64,000 nt of DNA from an uncultured Candidatus Saccharibacteria bacterium (GTDB taxonomy: Bacteria; Patescibacteriota; Saccharimonadia; CAILAD01; JADZBC01): positions 2,583-66,582 of the forward strand of contig CAZRJR010000003.1 of assembly GCA_964600985.1 (NCBI GenBank), in the 5' to 3' direction. A model generated the notes under the pieces. It saw nothing but the letters and a program-made list of their open reading frames with translations, made no database searches and was not told where the DNA came from. A program made the position numbers and the translations under genes. Numbering within the stretch: position 1 is the stretch's first letter; each line of letters opens with the position of its first letter. This document shows, piece after piece, positions 40,685 through 50,660 of this stretch.

Positions 40685-41735
40685 GACGAGTAATTTGCTT
40701 ACTGTCCCAGGCTACCACTTCGCTCTGCTTAATAGCCTTGGCCAACGAATCCGGGGTCTGGGTGCTAAACAACACGCCTGTTACGCCATCCACGACTGTT
40801 TCTGTAGCGCCACCACGACCATATGCCAACACAGGCTTGCCGCAGGCCATTGCCTCGAGCGGAGTTATGCCAAAATCCTCTTCCCCTGGAAATAATAATG
40901 CCTTAGCACCCTGGTAGAGTCTTGTGATTTCGACATTCGATTGGCCTCCTCGGAAGTCTATAGTTGGCCCGGCCATTTTCTTGAGTCTTTTAAGTTCCGA
41001 GCCACCCCCAGCCACTATCAGACGCCTGCCAAGCCTCGTGCACGCCTCTACGGCAACATCCACGCGCTTATACGGTACAAGACGCGATACAATTAAGTAG
41101 TAGTCCTTATCCGAACTACCTTCAAGCTTAAATCGATCAGTATCTACTGGCGGATGCACGACATCAGCACTACGTTTGTAGTATTTTTCAATACGCTTTG
41201 CCACATTTTCTGAGTTAGCGAGCAATACATCTGGTCTTTGAGCCGCAGCAAAGTCCCAATAGCGCATACGCCGTACAAAGGATGGTGCGATAAGCCTGAT
41301 AAGCGGATTTAGAGCGCCGAAACCAGGGTCTGCGAGGTAATCATCGTAATTACTCCAGTAATACCGCACGGGTGTGTGAATATAGGAGATGTGGAGAGTC
41401 TCTGTGGAGGTAATAACCCCCTTTGCCTCTGCACTACTGCTTGAAATCACAAGGTCATAGCCTGAGAAATCAAAACTCTCAAAGGCTAGAGTTCTTAATA
41501 CAGGGTAGAGTTGATGCTTTCGCTGCGCCCATGGCCAGTGTTGCAAAAAAGATGTCTTCACCCTCCCTTTGAACTGAGGAAGTTTGTCTTCGCTATACAC
41601 ACTGGAGTATATATCTGCCTGCGGAAAGGCTCTGAGCAGCGACTCCACCACTCGCTCTGCTCCACCTATATTAGTAAGCCAATCATGTACAATCGCTACT
41701 CTTAGCTGCTCAGCTGACCTTTTGCTAGTAGCCAC
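40611..41735 (-). CDS. GT4 glycosyltransferase (mannosyltransferase-like)
   Basis: AIVHDWL..IGGAERV, HTPVRY, SRLVPYKR, EEDFGITPLEAMACG. Confidence 0.92.
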   Translation of the reverse strand: MATSKRSAEQLRVAIVHDWLTNIGGAERVVESLLRAFPQADIYSSVYSEDKLPQFKGRVKTSFLQHWPWAQRKHQLYPVLRTLAFESFDFSGYDLVISSSSAEAKGVITSTETLHISYIHTPVRYYWSNYDDYLADPGFGALNPLIRLIAPSFVRRMRYWDFAAAQRPDVLLANSENVAKRIEKYYKRSADVVHPPVDTDRFKLEGSSDKDYYLIVSRLVPYKRVDVAVEACTRLGRRLIVAGGGSELKRLKKMAGPTIDFRGGQSNVEITRLYQGAKALLFPGEEDFGITPLEAMACGKPVLAYGRGGATETVVDGVTGVLFSTQTPDSLAKAIKQSEVVAWDSKQITRHAHAFSEERFIKQIQDVVTAHVST

Positions 41736-43140
41736 GTCCCCTCACAATCACCGCGAGCGTACGCCACAAAATCGTAATATCGAGCCACAAACTCCAGTTT
41801 TCCACATAGTATATATCGAGCTCCACCCGCTCCTTGTAGCCGATGTCATTTCTTCCAGAAACCTGCCACAGTCCCGTTAGGCCAGGCTTAATGGCTAGGA
41901 ATTTACCACCTAGTTTGCCGTAGCGCTCTAGTTCAGACTCAATAATTGGCCTTGGCCCAACCAAACTTAGATCACCTTTGAGTACATTGTACAGCTGTGG
42001 TAGTTCATCCAGACTTGTTTTACGCAAAAAGCGACCAACTTTACTGACTCTAGGGTCGTTCCTAAGCTTCTGGGTCTTTTTAAACTCTTCTATCAGTGCT
42101 GGGTCGCCGAACTTTGCCAGTGCTTCTTCGGCTGTTTTACTGGCAAATTTACCGCCGGTAGAGTATTCCATCTTCATGGACCGAAATTTATACACTTTAA
42201 TCTTTTTGCCAGTGCGCGACAGTCTTTCGTGTGCATAAAATACAGCGCCCCGATCGGTCAACTTAATTATTAATCCTATAACGAGAAATAGTGGGCTGAG
42301 AATAACAAGTCCAAATAATGATGTAATAAAGTCTACAATTCGTTTTACTATTCTCCCCCATCCCTCAAGTGGTGTGGTGCGAAGTTCCAAGACGGGCACC
42401 CCACCATGAAGCGCAGTTACAACATTGGCATTATAAAGCCCCATAATACTCGGAATAAATCGATACGATATACTATACTGCTGACAAACGTCGAGCAAAC
42501 TGGTGTCTTCCTGGTTTCCCTTGTGCATATGGATTATTTCGTCGATGTGGTTTTGATTATGAATGCGCAAAACGTCATCGGTAGTCGCTATGCGAGCATC
42601 AAAGTCTTTGAGCGAGCTATTTATTACATGGTATCCGCTGCCAAGGGAATGTTCCAGAGTGGCTACCAGCTTACGTGGTGCCAATATGAGGGCCTGATGA
42701 ACTCCGACGCCAAAGTGAAACAGTACACGCTGCACCACGCTCATAACTATTCGAGCAAGGGCAATTAATACAAAACTGGCTATGAAGCCATATATTATGA
42801 TGCTTTTAGAGGGAAACAATGGCGTGGGATTAAAAAAGTCTAGTACAATCAGAGCCATTACGCCACAAGCGGTAGCAATAAAAACCTTAATGAGTTCATC
42901 TATGCGCCGGCGCGTACTACCAAGTGAATACAGTCCCAACAGGGCAAAAATAAGTATCCAGATTGGCAGTAAAATGGTTAGATAGCGCAGATACACCATA
43001 CCCCCTATGTTGTAGGCCAATGGCTTATCGCTTCCCGCACGGTAAAAATACGCAGCCACAAAGCCTATAATCATCATGGTGTAATCGATTGGCACCAGAA
43101 CAAGGCTAAAGATAAGTTCGCTGCGCTTCTTCATATTCAT
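41725..43140 (-). CDS. Polyprenyl-phosphate sugar phosphotransferase (WcaJ/RfbP-like)
   Basis: KRIVD, YKFRSM, DPRV, SLDELPQ, SLVGPRP, KPGLTGLWQVSGR. Confidence 0.95.
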   Translation of the reverse strand: MNMKKRSELIFSLVLVPIDYTMMIIGFVAAYFYRAGSDKPLAYNIGGMVYLRYLTILLPIWILIFALLGLYSLGSTRRRIDELIKVFIATACGVMALIVLDFFNPTPLFPSKSIIIYGFIASFVLIALARIVMSVVQRVLFHFGVGVHQALILAPRKLVATLEHSLGSGYHVINSSLKDFDARIATTDDVLRIHNQNHIDEIIHMHKGNQEDTSLLDVCQQYSISYRFIPSIMGLYNANVVTALHGGVPVLELRTTPLEGWGRIVKRIVDFITSLFGLVILSPLFLVIGLIIKLTDRGAVFYAHERLSRTGKKIKVYKFRSMKMEYSTGGKFASKTAEEALAKFGDPALIEEFKKTQKLRNDPRVSKVGRFLRKTSLDELPQLYNVLKGDLSLVGPRPIIESELERYGKLGGKFLAIKPGLTGLWQVSGRNDIGYKERVELDIYYVENWSLWLDITILWRTLAVIVRGRGY

Positions 43141-43208
43141 CTATTATTCTAGCATAAACACCTATCGTCTGGAGGAAATCTACTCTGTGTTTCCGAGCAT
43201 AATAATAG

Positions 43209-43603
43209 CCTCATAAGCCAGTTATAAGCCGAATTCTGTAACCCGCTAAAGCGAACTAGCGATCATCTATCTTCCTGCATTACTGCAGGCGTCCATACCA
43301 AGGTATGGATCGTGCGACAAACCCCAAAAAGAGCGAGTAACTCTGCCTAGTGGCGGGGCCCATAGTCTTGCAGCGAATGGGGTTTACCTCCAATCATAGT
43401 CACCTAAGATTGCTGTGTGCTCTTACCACACTCTTTTCACCCTTACCCCTCACCTTTTATGTCGCCACAAAAGGTGAGGGGCGGTATTGTTTCTGTGGCA
43501 CTTTCCCTAAGGTTGCCCTCGGTTGCCGTTAGCAACCATCCTACTCTATGCTGTTCGGACTTTCCTCTCCCGCTAGGGAGCGATCGCTCGCTGACTTATG
43601 AGG
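43209..43603 (-). ncRNA. rnpB: RNase P RNA
   Basis: GAGGAAAGTCC, AGTGCCACAGAAA, GGTAAACCCC, ACAGAATTCGGCTTA; terminal P1 helix CCTCATAAG/CTTATGAGG. Confidence 0.96.
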
Positions 43604-43625
43604 ATTATATTATACGATAATTAGA

Positions 43626-44072
43626 CTATTGTGTCGAGGACAGATGCGCATCCAAGCATATATTTACCTGGGCATCAGCCAATTTATTAAACTCTCTTCG
43701 CACATGCGTAAAACTTACCTCTGTCTCCCCAGTCAATAGTCCTTGTACTTGGGCATAGAGCGGTTTCATATCGACATGCTTTACTCTGTAGATACCATTG
43801 AGTTGCTTAGTAACAAGCTCGCTGTCCAAGTAAAAGTGGGCGGTTTTTACTTCAGACTCTTTTAGCTTACTCAGCCCTAAAATAACAGCACTGTATTCTG
43901 CAAAGTTATTGGTGCGTATGCCCAGGTATTCATTAAATTCTGCCAATACTTCATCATTCGTTGTAGTTATTACTACGCCAGAGGCAGCTGGCCCAGGATT
44001 ACCACGCGAACCTCCGTCGCAAAAAACCTTTACTTCTTCTGGTAGGTTCACGAACGTGCCCTCAATACCCAA
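43626..44072 (-). CDS. rnhA: Ribonuclease HI
   Basis: DGGSRGNPG, TNNFAEY, DSELV, HVRREFNKLAD. Confidence 0.93.
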   Translation of the reverse strand: MGIEGTFVNLPEEVKVFCDGGSRGNPGPAASGVVITTTNDEVLAEFNEYLGIRTNNFAEYSAVILGLSKLKESEVKTAHFYLDSELVTKQLNGIYRVKHVDMKPLYAQVQGLLTGETEVSFTHVRREFNKLADAQVNICLDAHLSSTQ

Positions 44073-44833
44073 AAGGCGATCACAACCAGGCCAAATACGA
44101 AGCGGTAGATCACAAACGCCCGTAAGTTATGAGTGCTCACGTATTTGAGCAACCATTTTATGACTGCCATACCGACTAATCCAGAAACAAAAATCCCTAC
44201 TGCCAAGCTGAGTGCCGATACACTCGGCTCAGGATGCTTAATAAGTCCATAGGCCTTATATAGCCCTGCTCCCAAGCTAATAGGCGCCGCTAGCAGAAAA
44301 CTAAAGCGTGCAGCATCCTCACGCTTTAGACCTCGCCACAAGCCTGCTGTCATGGTAATGCCCGAGCGAGATGTACCAGGAATGAGAGCCAAGGCCTGGG
44401 CGAAGCCGACTATCAGTGTGTCTTTAAGGTTTAGCTTACTACTATCACGTTCGAGCTTCGCAGTCGAATCAACATAAAGTAGCAAAAAGCTAAAAGCAAT
44501 CATGCCCACACCCACAATCAACGGCGCATAACTACTACCGTGCAGCTGGGTCTCGATCCACTTATCCCCCAAGAATCCCAAAATAGCAGCCGGCACCGAG
44601 GCAATAATGATATAACCAAGCAATGGGCTGCGTTCGCGAATTAGCTTCCAAAAGTCCTTATAAAAGAACACCAGCAACGCAACTGCAGTGCCAATGTGGA
44701 TTGCAGCGTCAAACCCAAGCCCAGGATCGGCGAGCTTAAAAAGCCATGGTGCAACAAGCAGATGGGCTGAAGATGAAATGGGTAAGAACTCGCTTATACC
44801 TTGGATTACCGACAGAAAAATAACTACAAACAT
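44048..44833 (-). CDS. uppP: Undecaprenyl-diphosphatase
   Basis: QGISEFLPISSSAH, PGTSRSG, FSFLL. Confidence 0.96.
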   Translation of the reverse strand: MFVVIFLSVIQGISEFLPISSSAHLLVAPWLFKLADPGLGFDAAIHIGTAVALLVFFYKDFWKLIRERSPLLGYIIIASVPAAILGFLGDKWIETQLHGSSYAPLIVGVGMIAFSFLLLYVDSTAKLERDSSKLNLKDTLIVGFAQALALIPGTSRSGITMTAGLWRGLKREDAARFSFLLAAPISLGAGLYKAYGLIKHPEPSVSALSLAVGIFVSGLVGMAVIKWLLKYVSTHNLRAFVIYRFVFGLVVIAFWVLRARS

Positions 44834-44838
44834 AGCTA

Positions 44839-45258
44839 TTATTGTATATCGGCCAGTGGGTTATCAGCAAGGTAAGCTCGTATCTTCTCCGCGGCTGGTT
44901 TGAGCTCGTCGAGGCCACCAAATACTGCCCGAGCTGGGTCCATATCGGATTCTTGGTCGATCGGAACTAAGTGAACGTGCACATGCGGCACGCCAAGCCC
45001 CATAAGCTGCAATGCAACCACCGTAGGCTCAAACACAGCATCGAGCACTTGCGCAAACCGTCGCGAGAGCTTCATAACACCCACATACACATCCGCATCC
45101 ATATCGTAAAAGCGTTCGTAGGCTACTTTGGGTATTACCAGGCTGTGCCCGGGCTTGAGTGGTGCTCGAGACAAGATAATAATTGCCTGTTCATCCTCGT
45201 ATAGCACCTCGGCTGGCTCTTGCCGCTCTATAATGCGCGTAAATATACTTTCTGCCAT
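44839..45258 (-). CDS. HIT-family nucleotide hydrolase
   Basis: SIFTRII, GHSLVIPK, HVHVH; start reassigned to MAESIF. Confidence 0.9.
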   Translation of the reverse strand: MAESIFTRIIERQEPAEVLYEDEQAIIILSRAPLKPGHSLVIPKVAYERFYDMDADVYVGVMKLSRRFAQVLDAVFEPTVVALQLMGLGVPHVHVHLVPIDQESDMDPARAVFGGLDELKPAAEKIRAYLADNPLADIQ

Positions 45259-45298
45259 ATCACCCACTACCCCTTCGTTATTATTATACATTACTACG

Positions 45299-45499
45299 CT
45301 ATTTAGAGGCCGTATACTGCGAAAAAGCCTGTGGGCTAGGCACACTTGCCCCCTCCGCAGATACCTGCGCTAGAGCGGCGCTATACTGAGCTTTTAGGCC
45401 ATCCACTCGGCGCGTTAGCTCCCCACTCATAGCGTGCAGGTGGTAGCCATAGGCTGATACCATAGCTATTAGAAAAAACGTTTTTACTCTCACGGGCAC
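45299..45499 (-). CDS. Possible small secreted/membrane protein (66 aa)
   Basis: Hydrophobic N-terminus; TATAAT upstream; fills the intergenic gap. Confidence 0.4.
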   Translation of the reverse strand: MPVRVKTFFLIAMVSAYGYHLHAMSGELTRRVDGLKAQYSAALAQVSAEGASVPSPQAFSQYTASK

Positions 45500-45555
45500 G
45501 ATCCACTTTTATCGACGCTATTATAGCCTTAGTGAGGCTGAATTGCGAGCATAAC

Positions 45556-48500
45556 CTACTTTGGCTTAGATCCTCGTGAGCTATCACCAAGCACTTCTAT
45601 GCCATTCTGGATGATGGTAATCGGGGTATTAAGGTAGTGCGAGGCCAAGGCAATGAAGTTGTCCTGCTGGGCACGAATAGACTTACGCTTAGCTATAAAC
45701 TCACGGTTGAGCTTGTCTTTGCGAATTTCGTTATTAGACTGGTAGTACAGAGATAAGGCGAATATAAGCAGGAGCAGGAACAAGAGGTATGGGAAGCCAA
45801 TAGCAGCCTGGCGCGGTACAAAGTGAGCAACTGCTAGTATGCCTCGGTCAAACCAGTTTAGACTTACCTTGTTTGGTGAGGTTGGGGTGTACTGGGTAGT
45901 GATTATACGTGGCGACTTGCCAGATGTTGGCTGGATCGTTGTAGCCGTAGGTGGCTCTACAGTTGGTGGTGTAGTTGGACAAGTGTTGGTAGTAGCACAC
46001 GGTACCGACGGACAAGTGTTGGTTACCGTACAATCTGCCGGCGATGCTGGAACTATGAAGGCTATGCCAGCCTGTGGTGAAGTTATTGCACCTACCACTC
46101 GAGAGCCATACGCGTACGATCCAGTAGCTAGCGGCATGAGGGGTGACGTGGGTTCCAGGAAAGCACCAGCCTGCACGTTCCAGACTAAAGCACTTGAACT
46201 ATCACTAAAACTCAATAATGGAATATATACTCTCTCAGGGTTTGAGCTTATACCCAGACCAGTAGGCAAGCCATTAATTCCGTCATGCAACTCAACTTGG
46301 TTAGTGCCTAGATTCACCACTGCAAACTTCCCTATTGAAGGCATTACAGCAATATAGGCATAGCTAGCTGAAGCATCAAGGGTAAACGGATAAAAGATAT
46401 CTTCGTACGGGTCAGGGAAGGCCATGACGCTTATTGAATTCAACTCCAAGCCACTAGAAGCATCTAATACCTTTAAGACTAGTTCATGGCCCTCCACATC
46501 CTTCGCTAGGTAATACAGCTTGCCAGCTCTATAGGTGGTAGTACCGACCATTGTGTTGCCAGAAACGTTAATTGTCCTTACTGCACCAGTAGCAAGCGTA
46601 TATTCCAACACAGTATTCACCTCGGCTCCGAAACTCGTATAGAACTTAGTGGCGTCTTCATTAAGTGCACCATTAGTAAGCCCGTAAACATTCGATCCTG
46701 GCAAGATGGCTTCCGATCCCTCTAGGGAGAAGGTGCTTAGGTTTAACTTTCTCAGCATTGAGCCAGCCGAATTGCTCTGTTCTGTTAGCACTGCGAAGTT
46801 ATCGTCAGGTGTTATACTCAAGCCGAGGGCAAATGAATTCGTTTGAGGAGGAACGGTAAGCGTACGCTGGCTCATAGTATTTAAGTCAAGTTCGCGCACA
46901 ACAGCCTGTACTCCATTGGCGTTATAGCCAAATATATACAACTTCGTTCCGCTATTGTTCAAGGTTGCCCCAAACGCAACAAACGGAGGTTGACTAGCGC
47001 TGTTAATCCTTATGGTTCTGAGGACAGAGGCACTGCTGTTGTCGATTACTTGGACTGCTGTATTACCACTACTATCGAGCCAAGGAATAAACGCAACGTC
47101 ACTACCGGGAACCCATCGAGCCACTAGGTTATGATTACCGACAGCGACCCCACTTACCTCGTAGGTCCAGGTACCCTGCGCATTAGCAGTAGTTGTTCCG
47201 ACCTGAGTACCGTCTACAAAGATCGAGATTACTTTGTTGGCCGGCCCCGTGCCAGTCACGGTACTAGCGCCACCACCAAAGCTCGCACCATTAATTGGCG
47301 AGGTAATAGTCACAAACGGACTGTTGTCGTACACTACCGCCTGACCCACAACGAGTGTAAATGCTTGAGTGTCACTACTAAACCCATCGTCGGCTTGTAC
47401 AGTAAAGTTATACGTTCCTGCCTGAGTTGGTGTGCCCTGCAAATAGCCTTGCAAGCTTAGGCTCATGCCGCTTGGCAGGCTTCCACTCACCACAGTAAAG
47501 ACCGGCTGAGAGGCGGCGCCTTCGTATTCGATAGTTTTACTATATTGTAGTCCTACGCGACCAAAAGGCAGATTCGCAGTAGTGATGTTTAGTTGTGGTG
47601 CTGTCACTACTATGGTGTATTCTTGGCTCGTTGTGCCTCCAGGGTTTGCGCCACGAGTATCCTGAGCCTCTACCATAAAGGTATACGTGCCTGCAGAAGT
47701 TGGGGTGCCATACAAGATCCCGGTGCTGCCGGCGCCAACTAGTGTAAGTCCGTCGGGCAAGGCTCCAGTCACTACACTGAATGCCACATCTCCCAAATGA
47801 TTAGCGGTATATATATACTCTTGGTAGCTGGCGCCAACCTGAGTATCTGGTAAAACTTCTGTGGTTATGCTTAACGGTGCTGTTTCGTTCACTAAGATAG
47901 AGAGCGAAGCGGTGTCAGAAGTGTGCCCATCCGTCGCCGTCACATCAAAGCCATAAGTACCAATTGCTTCCGGTATACCAGTTATGTAGCCCGTATTGGT
48001 ATCCAGGCTCAGTCCGGGCGGCAAGCTACCAGAACTAATGCTATACGTAACCGTACCCGAGTTTTCGTCTACCGCAATGTTATCCTGGTACGACACACCA
48101 ACTGCGCCATCATCTAGGTTCGTGGTTGAAATATGTACCGGCACACAGTCATCCGTTGTAAACGTTGCATCACTACTAACTTGGAATCCGCCTCTATCAA
48201 TCACAAATACCCTGTAGTGGTACAACGTGCTACAGGCTAAGCCGCTCACCGCTTTGTCGATGCCTGCCACGCCGTCTACCGGACTCATGGCGCTAGAATC
48301 TACCGCCGAGCTACCATAGCTAGTAGTCAGGCCATACTGGAAGCCACGAGACGTAATGCCCTGTGGGTAATCAGTTGTGCCATGCAGAGTTGCTCCGGTA
48401 CGAGTAATGTTGTCAGCCGGTAATGCAGTGAGGGTACGCAGGCCCGTGCAGGGTTCGGTCGTAAACGTACTGTCGCTACTATAGTCTGTACTATCAGCAT

Positions 48501-49758
48501 CGACCACAAAGGCACGATAGTGGTACGTAGTATCGCACTGCAGTGCATCGAGCGCGGCATTTATAGCCGGCTGCCCCTTGTATACATAGCCCGCAACACC
48601 CGGGCCCCCGGCCAGTGGCGCCCAGATAGTCCCATTACTATCTGCATATACCCCGCCCAAGTAGCCAGCACCGTCAGCAACTTGCCAATCTCGCACTAAA
48701 TTACCATTTGCATCATATACCCACACATAGAATCCACCGCTTGTGACATAAGCGTGACCATCGGCAGAAACATAAATATGTGTTGGGTTTATGTCCACAT
48801 CCCACTGATCCACGAAATTGGCGTTTGTATCATATATGAGTACACGCATATTACTAGGGTCTGTAATATAGAGATTATTGCTTGTGTCAGTAGCCAGATA
48901 CTGCCATTCAGCCCAGGTGGCAAGCTGGTTCGTACCTGTACCACTACTACTTATGAGTTGGCTCTGTAGTACACCGGCCGAGCTATACTCCTGTACAAGA
49001 GGCTGCCGGTCAATATTAAAGATTCCCGGGGCGGGGTCTGCATCCCACTGACCCACTACATATATATTACCCAGCCCGTCTACAGTAATGGCCGATGCGC
49101 CAAACGGGGTACCACTACTCTGCTCGGCCAGTGGGAACTGGCTCACGTAATTACCGCTGCTATCTAGCTTCTGAACCCGGTAAGTAGCTAGGTCTGCTAC
49201 ATATATATTACCGCTGCCGTCTACAAACAAATCCATTGGCTGCTGGAATTGACCGTTACCAGACCCATAAGAGCCATATTGAGCAATCAAATTACCGCTA
49301 CTATCGTACTTATTAATCGAGGCTGTCGAGCTACCGTCGCTATCGGCGCGATACATATTGCCAGCCGCATCCATCGTATAGGCCCAGGCCCCTTGAACAT
49401 TTGAGAATGTCTCTGCGGTGGTATAGCTGCTAGGATCAGTGGTGTCGAGCACCTGATTGCCATAGCTCGTAGAAGTACCGTACTCGAAGCCACGCGAGGT
49501 CACGCCATCAGGGTAATCAAATCTTGCGTGTAGGCTCGCGGCCGAAGTAGTCACGTCAGTTGCTGGTAGTGCCGTTACTACCCTACTCCCGCTATCGGCC
49601 TTGATCTTGCCCGCATACCACAACAACGCACTACTTACGGTCTGAACTGAAATAATCGCAAAAAGTACAAATATGGCATACTTACTAACCTTAAGCGACG
49701 TAGACGGCTTAAGGTGAAACTTGTTATTCGGCTTTAGGGGCTCTGGGTTTGGTCCCAT
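45556..49758 (-). CDS. 1400-aa surface protein: Fn3-like domains, NHL propeller, three putative Ig domains, Big domain, second propeller, Thr/Pro stalk, TM, truncated HisKA helix
   Basis: GSYGSGNGQFQQP (NHL), GSLPPGLSL (Ig repeats), TM near C-terminus, NFIALASHYLNTP. Confidence 0.85.
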   Translation of the reverse strand: MGPNPEPLKPNNKFHLKPSTSLKVSKYAIFVLFAIISVQTVSSALLWYAGKIKADSGSRVVTALPATDVTTSAASLHARFDYPDGVTSRGFEYGTSTSYGNQVLDTTDPSSYTTAETFSNVQGAWAYTMDAAGNMYRADSDGSSTASINKYDSSGNLIAQYGSYGSGNGQFQQPMDLFVDGSGNIYVADLATYRVQKLDSSGNYVSQFPLAEQSSGTPFGASAITVDGLGNIYVVGQWDADPAPGIFNIDRQPLVQEYSSAGVLQSQLISSSGTGTNQLATWAEWQYLATDTSNNLYITDPSNMRVLIYDTNANFVDQWDVDINPTHIYVSADGHAYVTSGGFYVWVYDANGNLVRDWQVADGAGYLGGVYADSNGTIWAPLAGGPGVAGYVYKGQPAINAALDALQCDTTYHYRAFVVDADSTDYSSDSTFTTEPCTGLRTLTALPADNITRTGATLHGTTDYPQGITSRGFQYGLTTSYGSSAVDSSAMSPVDGVAGIDKAVSGLACSTLYHYRVFVIDRGGFQVSSDATFTTDDCVPVHISTTNLDDGAVGVSYQDNIAVDENSGTVTYSISSGSLPPGLSLDTNTGYITGIPEAIGTYGFDVTATDGHTSDTASLSILVNETAPLSITTEVLPDTQVGASYQEYIYTANHLGDVAFSVVTGALPDGLTLVGAGSTGILYGTPTSAGTYTFMVEAQDTRGANPGGTTSQEYTIVVTAPQLNITTANLPFGRVGLQYSKTIEYEGAASQPVFTVVSGSLPSGMSLSLQGYLQGTPTQAGTYNFTVQADDGFSSDTQAFTLVVGQAVVYDNSPFVTITSPINGASFGGGASTVTGTGPANKVISIFVDGTQVGTTTANAQGTWTYEVSGVAVGNHNLVARWVPGSDVAFIPWLDSSGNTAVQVIDNSSASVLRTIRINSASQPPFVAFGATLNNSGTKLYIFGYNANGVQAVVRELDLNTMSQRTLTVPPQTNSFALGLSITPDDNFAVLTEQSNSAGSMLRKLNLSTFSLEGSEAILPGSNVYGLTNGALNEDATKFYTSFGAEVNTVLEYTLATGAVRTINVSGNTMVGTTTYRAGKLYYLAKDVEGHELVLKVLDASSGLELNSISVMAFPDPYEDIFYPFTLDASASYAYIAVMPSIGKFAVVNLGTNQVELHDGINGLPTGLGISSNPERVYIPLLSFSDSSSALVWNVQAGAFLEPTSPLMPLATGSYAYGSRVVGAITSPQAGIAFIVPASPADCTVTNTCPSVPCATTNTCPTTPPTVEPPTATTIQPTSGKSPRIITTQYTPTSPNKVSLNWFDRGILAVAHFVPRQAAIGFPYLLFLLLLIFALSLYYQSNNEIRKDKLNREFIAKRKSIRAQQDNFIALASHYLNTPITIIQNGIEVLGDSSRGSKPK

Positions 49759-49836
49759 GGTTTTGTTTTGGAGGTTTCTCGGGTTAGGAAAAGCCGCCCT
49801 TATCCTTATGTTTCCCTTACTATAGTACTTGTGCTT

Positions 49837-49865
49837 ATTGTAACGAGTAACTCACCCATAGGCAA
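49837..49865 (-). promoter_or_regulatory. Promoter TTGCCT-N17-TACAAT of the surface-protein gene, overlapping repeat TGTAACGAGTAA
   Basis: Motif match. Confidence 0.5.
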
Positions 49866-49887
49866 GCGCATTTTGCAAAATAATTCC

Positions 49888-49963
49888 TGGTCAGGGTGAC
49901 AGGACTTGAACCTGCGACCTCACGGCCCCCAGCCGTACGCGCTACCAACTGCGCCACACCCTG
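49888..49963 (-). tRNA. tRNA-Pro (GGG)
   Basis: Cloverleaf, anticodon loop CTGGGGG, GTTCAA T-loop, encoded CCA. Confidence 0.97.
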
Positions 49964-50082
49964 CTATCTGCACTTCACTCATACATTATAGCAACTTCCC
50001 CATCTGTTGACGAAGAAAGTTGCAAAAAGGTATTTACATAACTCTCATGCTTTGACATAATACTTATGTAACGAGTAAATGT

Positions 50083-50625
50083 GTGCCAAGGATCAACAAA
50101 TCAGCAGAGGTGCTGAAAGTCATAGCGGGCAAACGGGTAATCGTCGAGGACGAACTAACCCTTGCCCGCTCTCTTTTGAACTTATTTGGGGCTAACGCCC
50201 GCCGTCGCATTATCGATACTGCCGCCCTACTTACCAAGCAAGGCTTTGTATCGGTTGGCTCAATAGATGGCGAGAAGCTCTATAAGGTAACTGACAAAGG
50301 CCTACGCCACCTTGACCTATACTTGCTTAGCAAGAAAGGTATAGCCAAGCCCAGGGAATGGACTGGCAAGTGGCATATCATCACCTTCGAGATACCTGAA
50401 CAGCAGAAGGTAACCCGTAACTATCTGGTAGCTCAGCTTAAGCTGCAGGGATTTGTAAACTACACCAAGGGTCTATGGATCTACCCCTACAATCCTACTG
50501 AATACGTAAAAGGCCTTAAAAAGCTCTTAGGGCTTGGTAAGGAAATTAAACTCATTACCGCTATTGATCTGGATGACGAAAAGCAGCTCCTTACCCACTT
50601 TGGCCTAAGCAAAAACCCTACCTAA
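50083..50625 (+). CDS. PaaX-like transcriptional regulator (wHTH + Cas2-like central domain)
   Basis: YKVTDKG wing, WTGKWHIITFEIPE..K..RN...L...GF...KGLWIYPY. Confidence 0.85.
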   Translation: MPRINKSAEVLKVIAGKRVIVEDELTLARSLLNLFGANARRRIIDTAALLTKQGFVSVGSIDGEKLYKVTDKGLRHLDLYLLSKKGIAKPREWTGKWHIITFEIPEQQKVTRNYLVAQLKLQGFVNYTKGLWIYPYNPTEYVKGLKKLLGLGKEIKLITAIDLDDEKQLLTHFGLSKNPT

Positions 50626-50638
50626 TACCGGTAGGGTT
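50614..50638. terminator. Hairpin between the PaaX-like gene and the convergent 6S RNA
   Basis: AACCCTACC-N7-GGTAGGGTT. Confidence 0.65.
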
Positions 50639-50660
50639 ACGTCCTGCCTGTTATAATTCC

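Noticed and set aside
50083-50625. Cas2-like similarity suggesting a CRISPR system
   Set aside because: This is the PaaX-type central domain; no repeat-spacer array or other cas genes seen in the window
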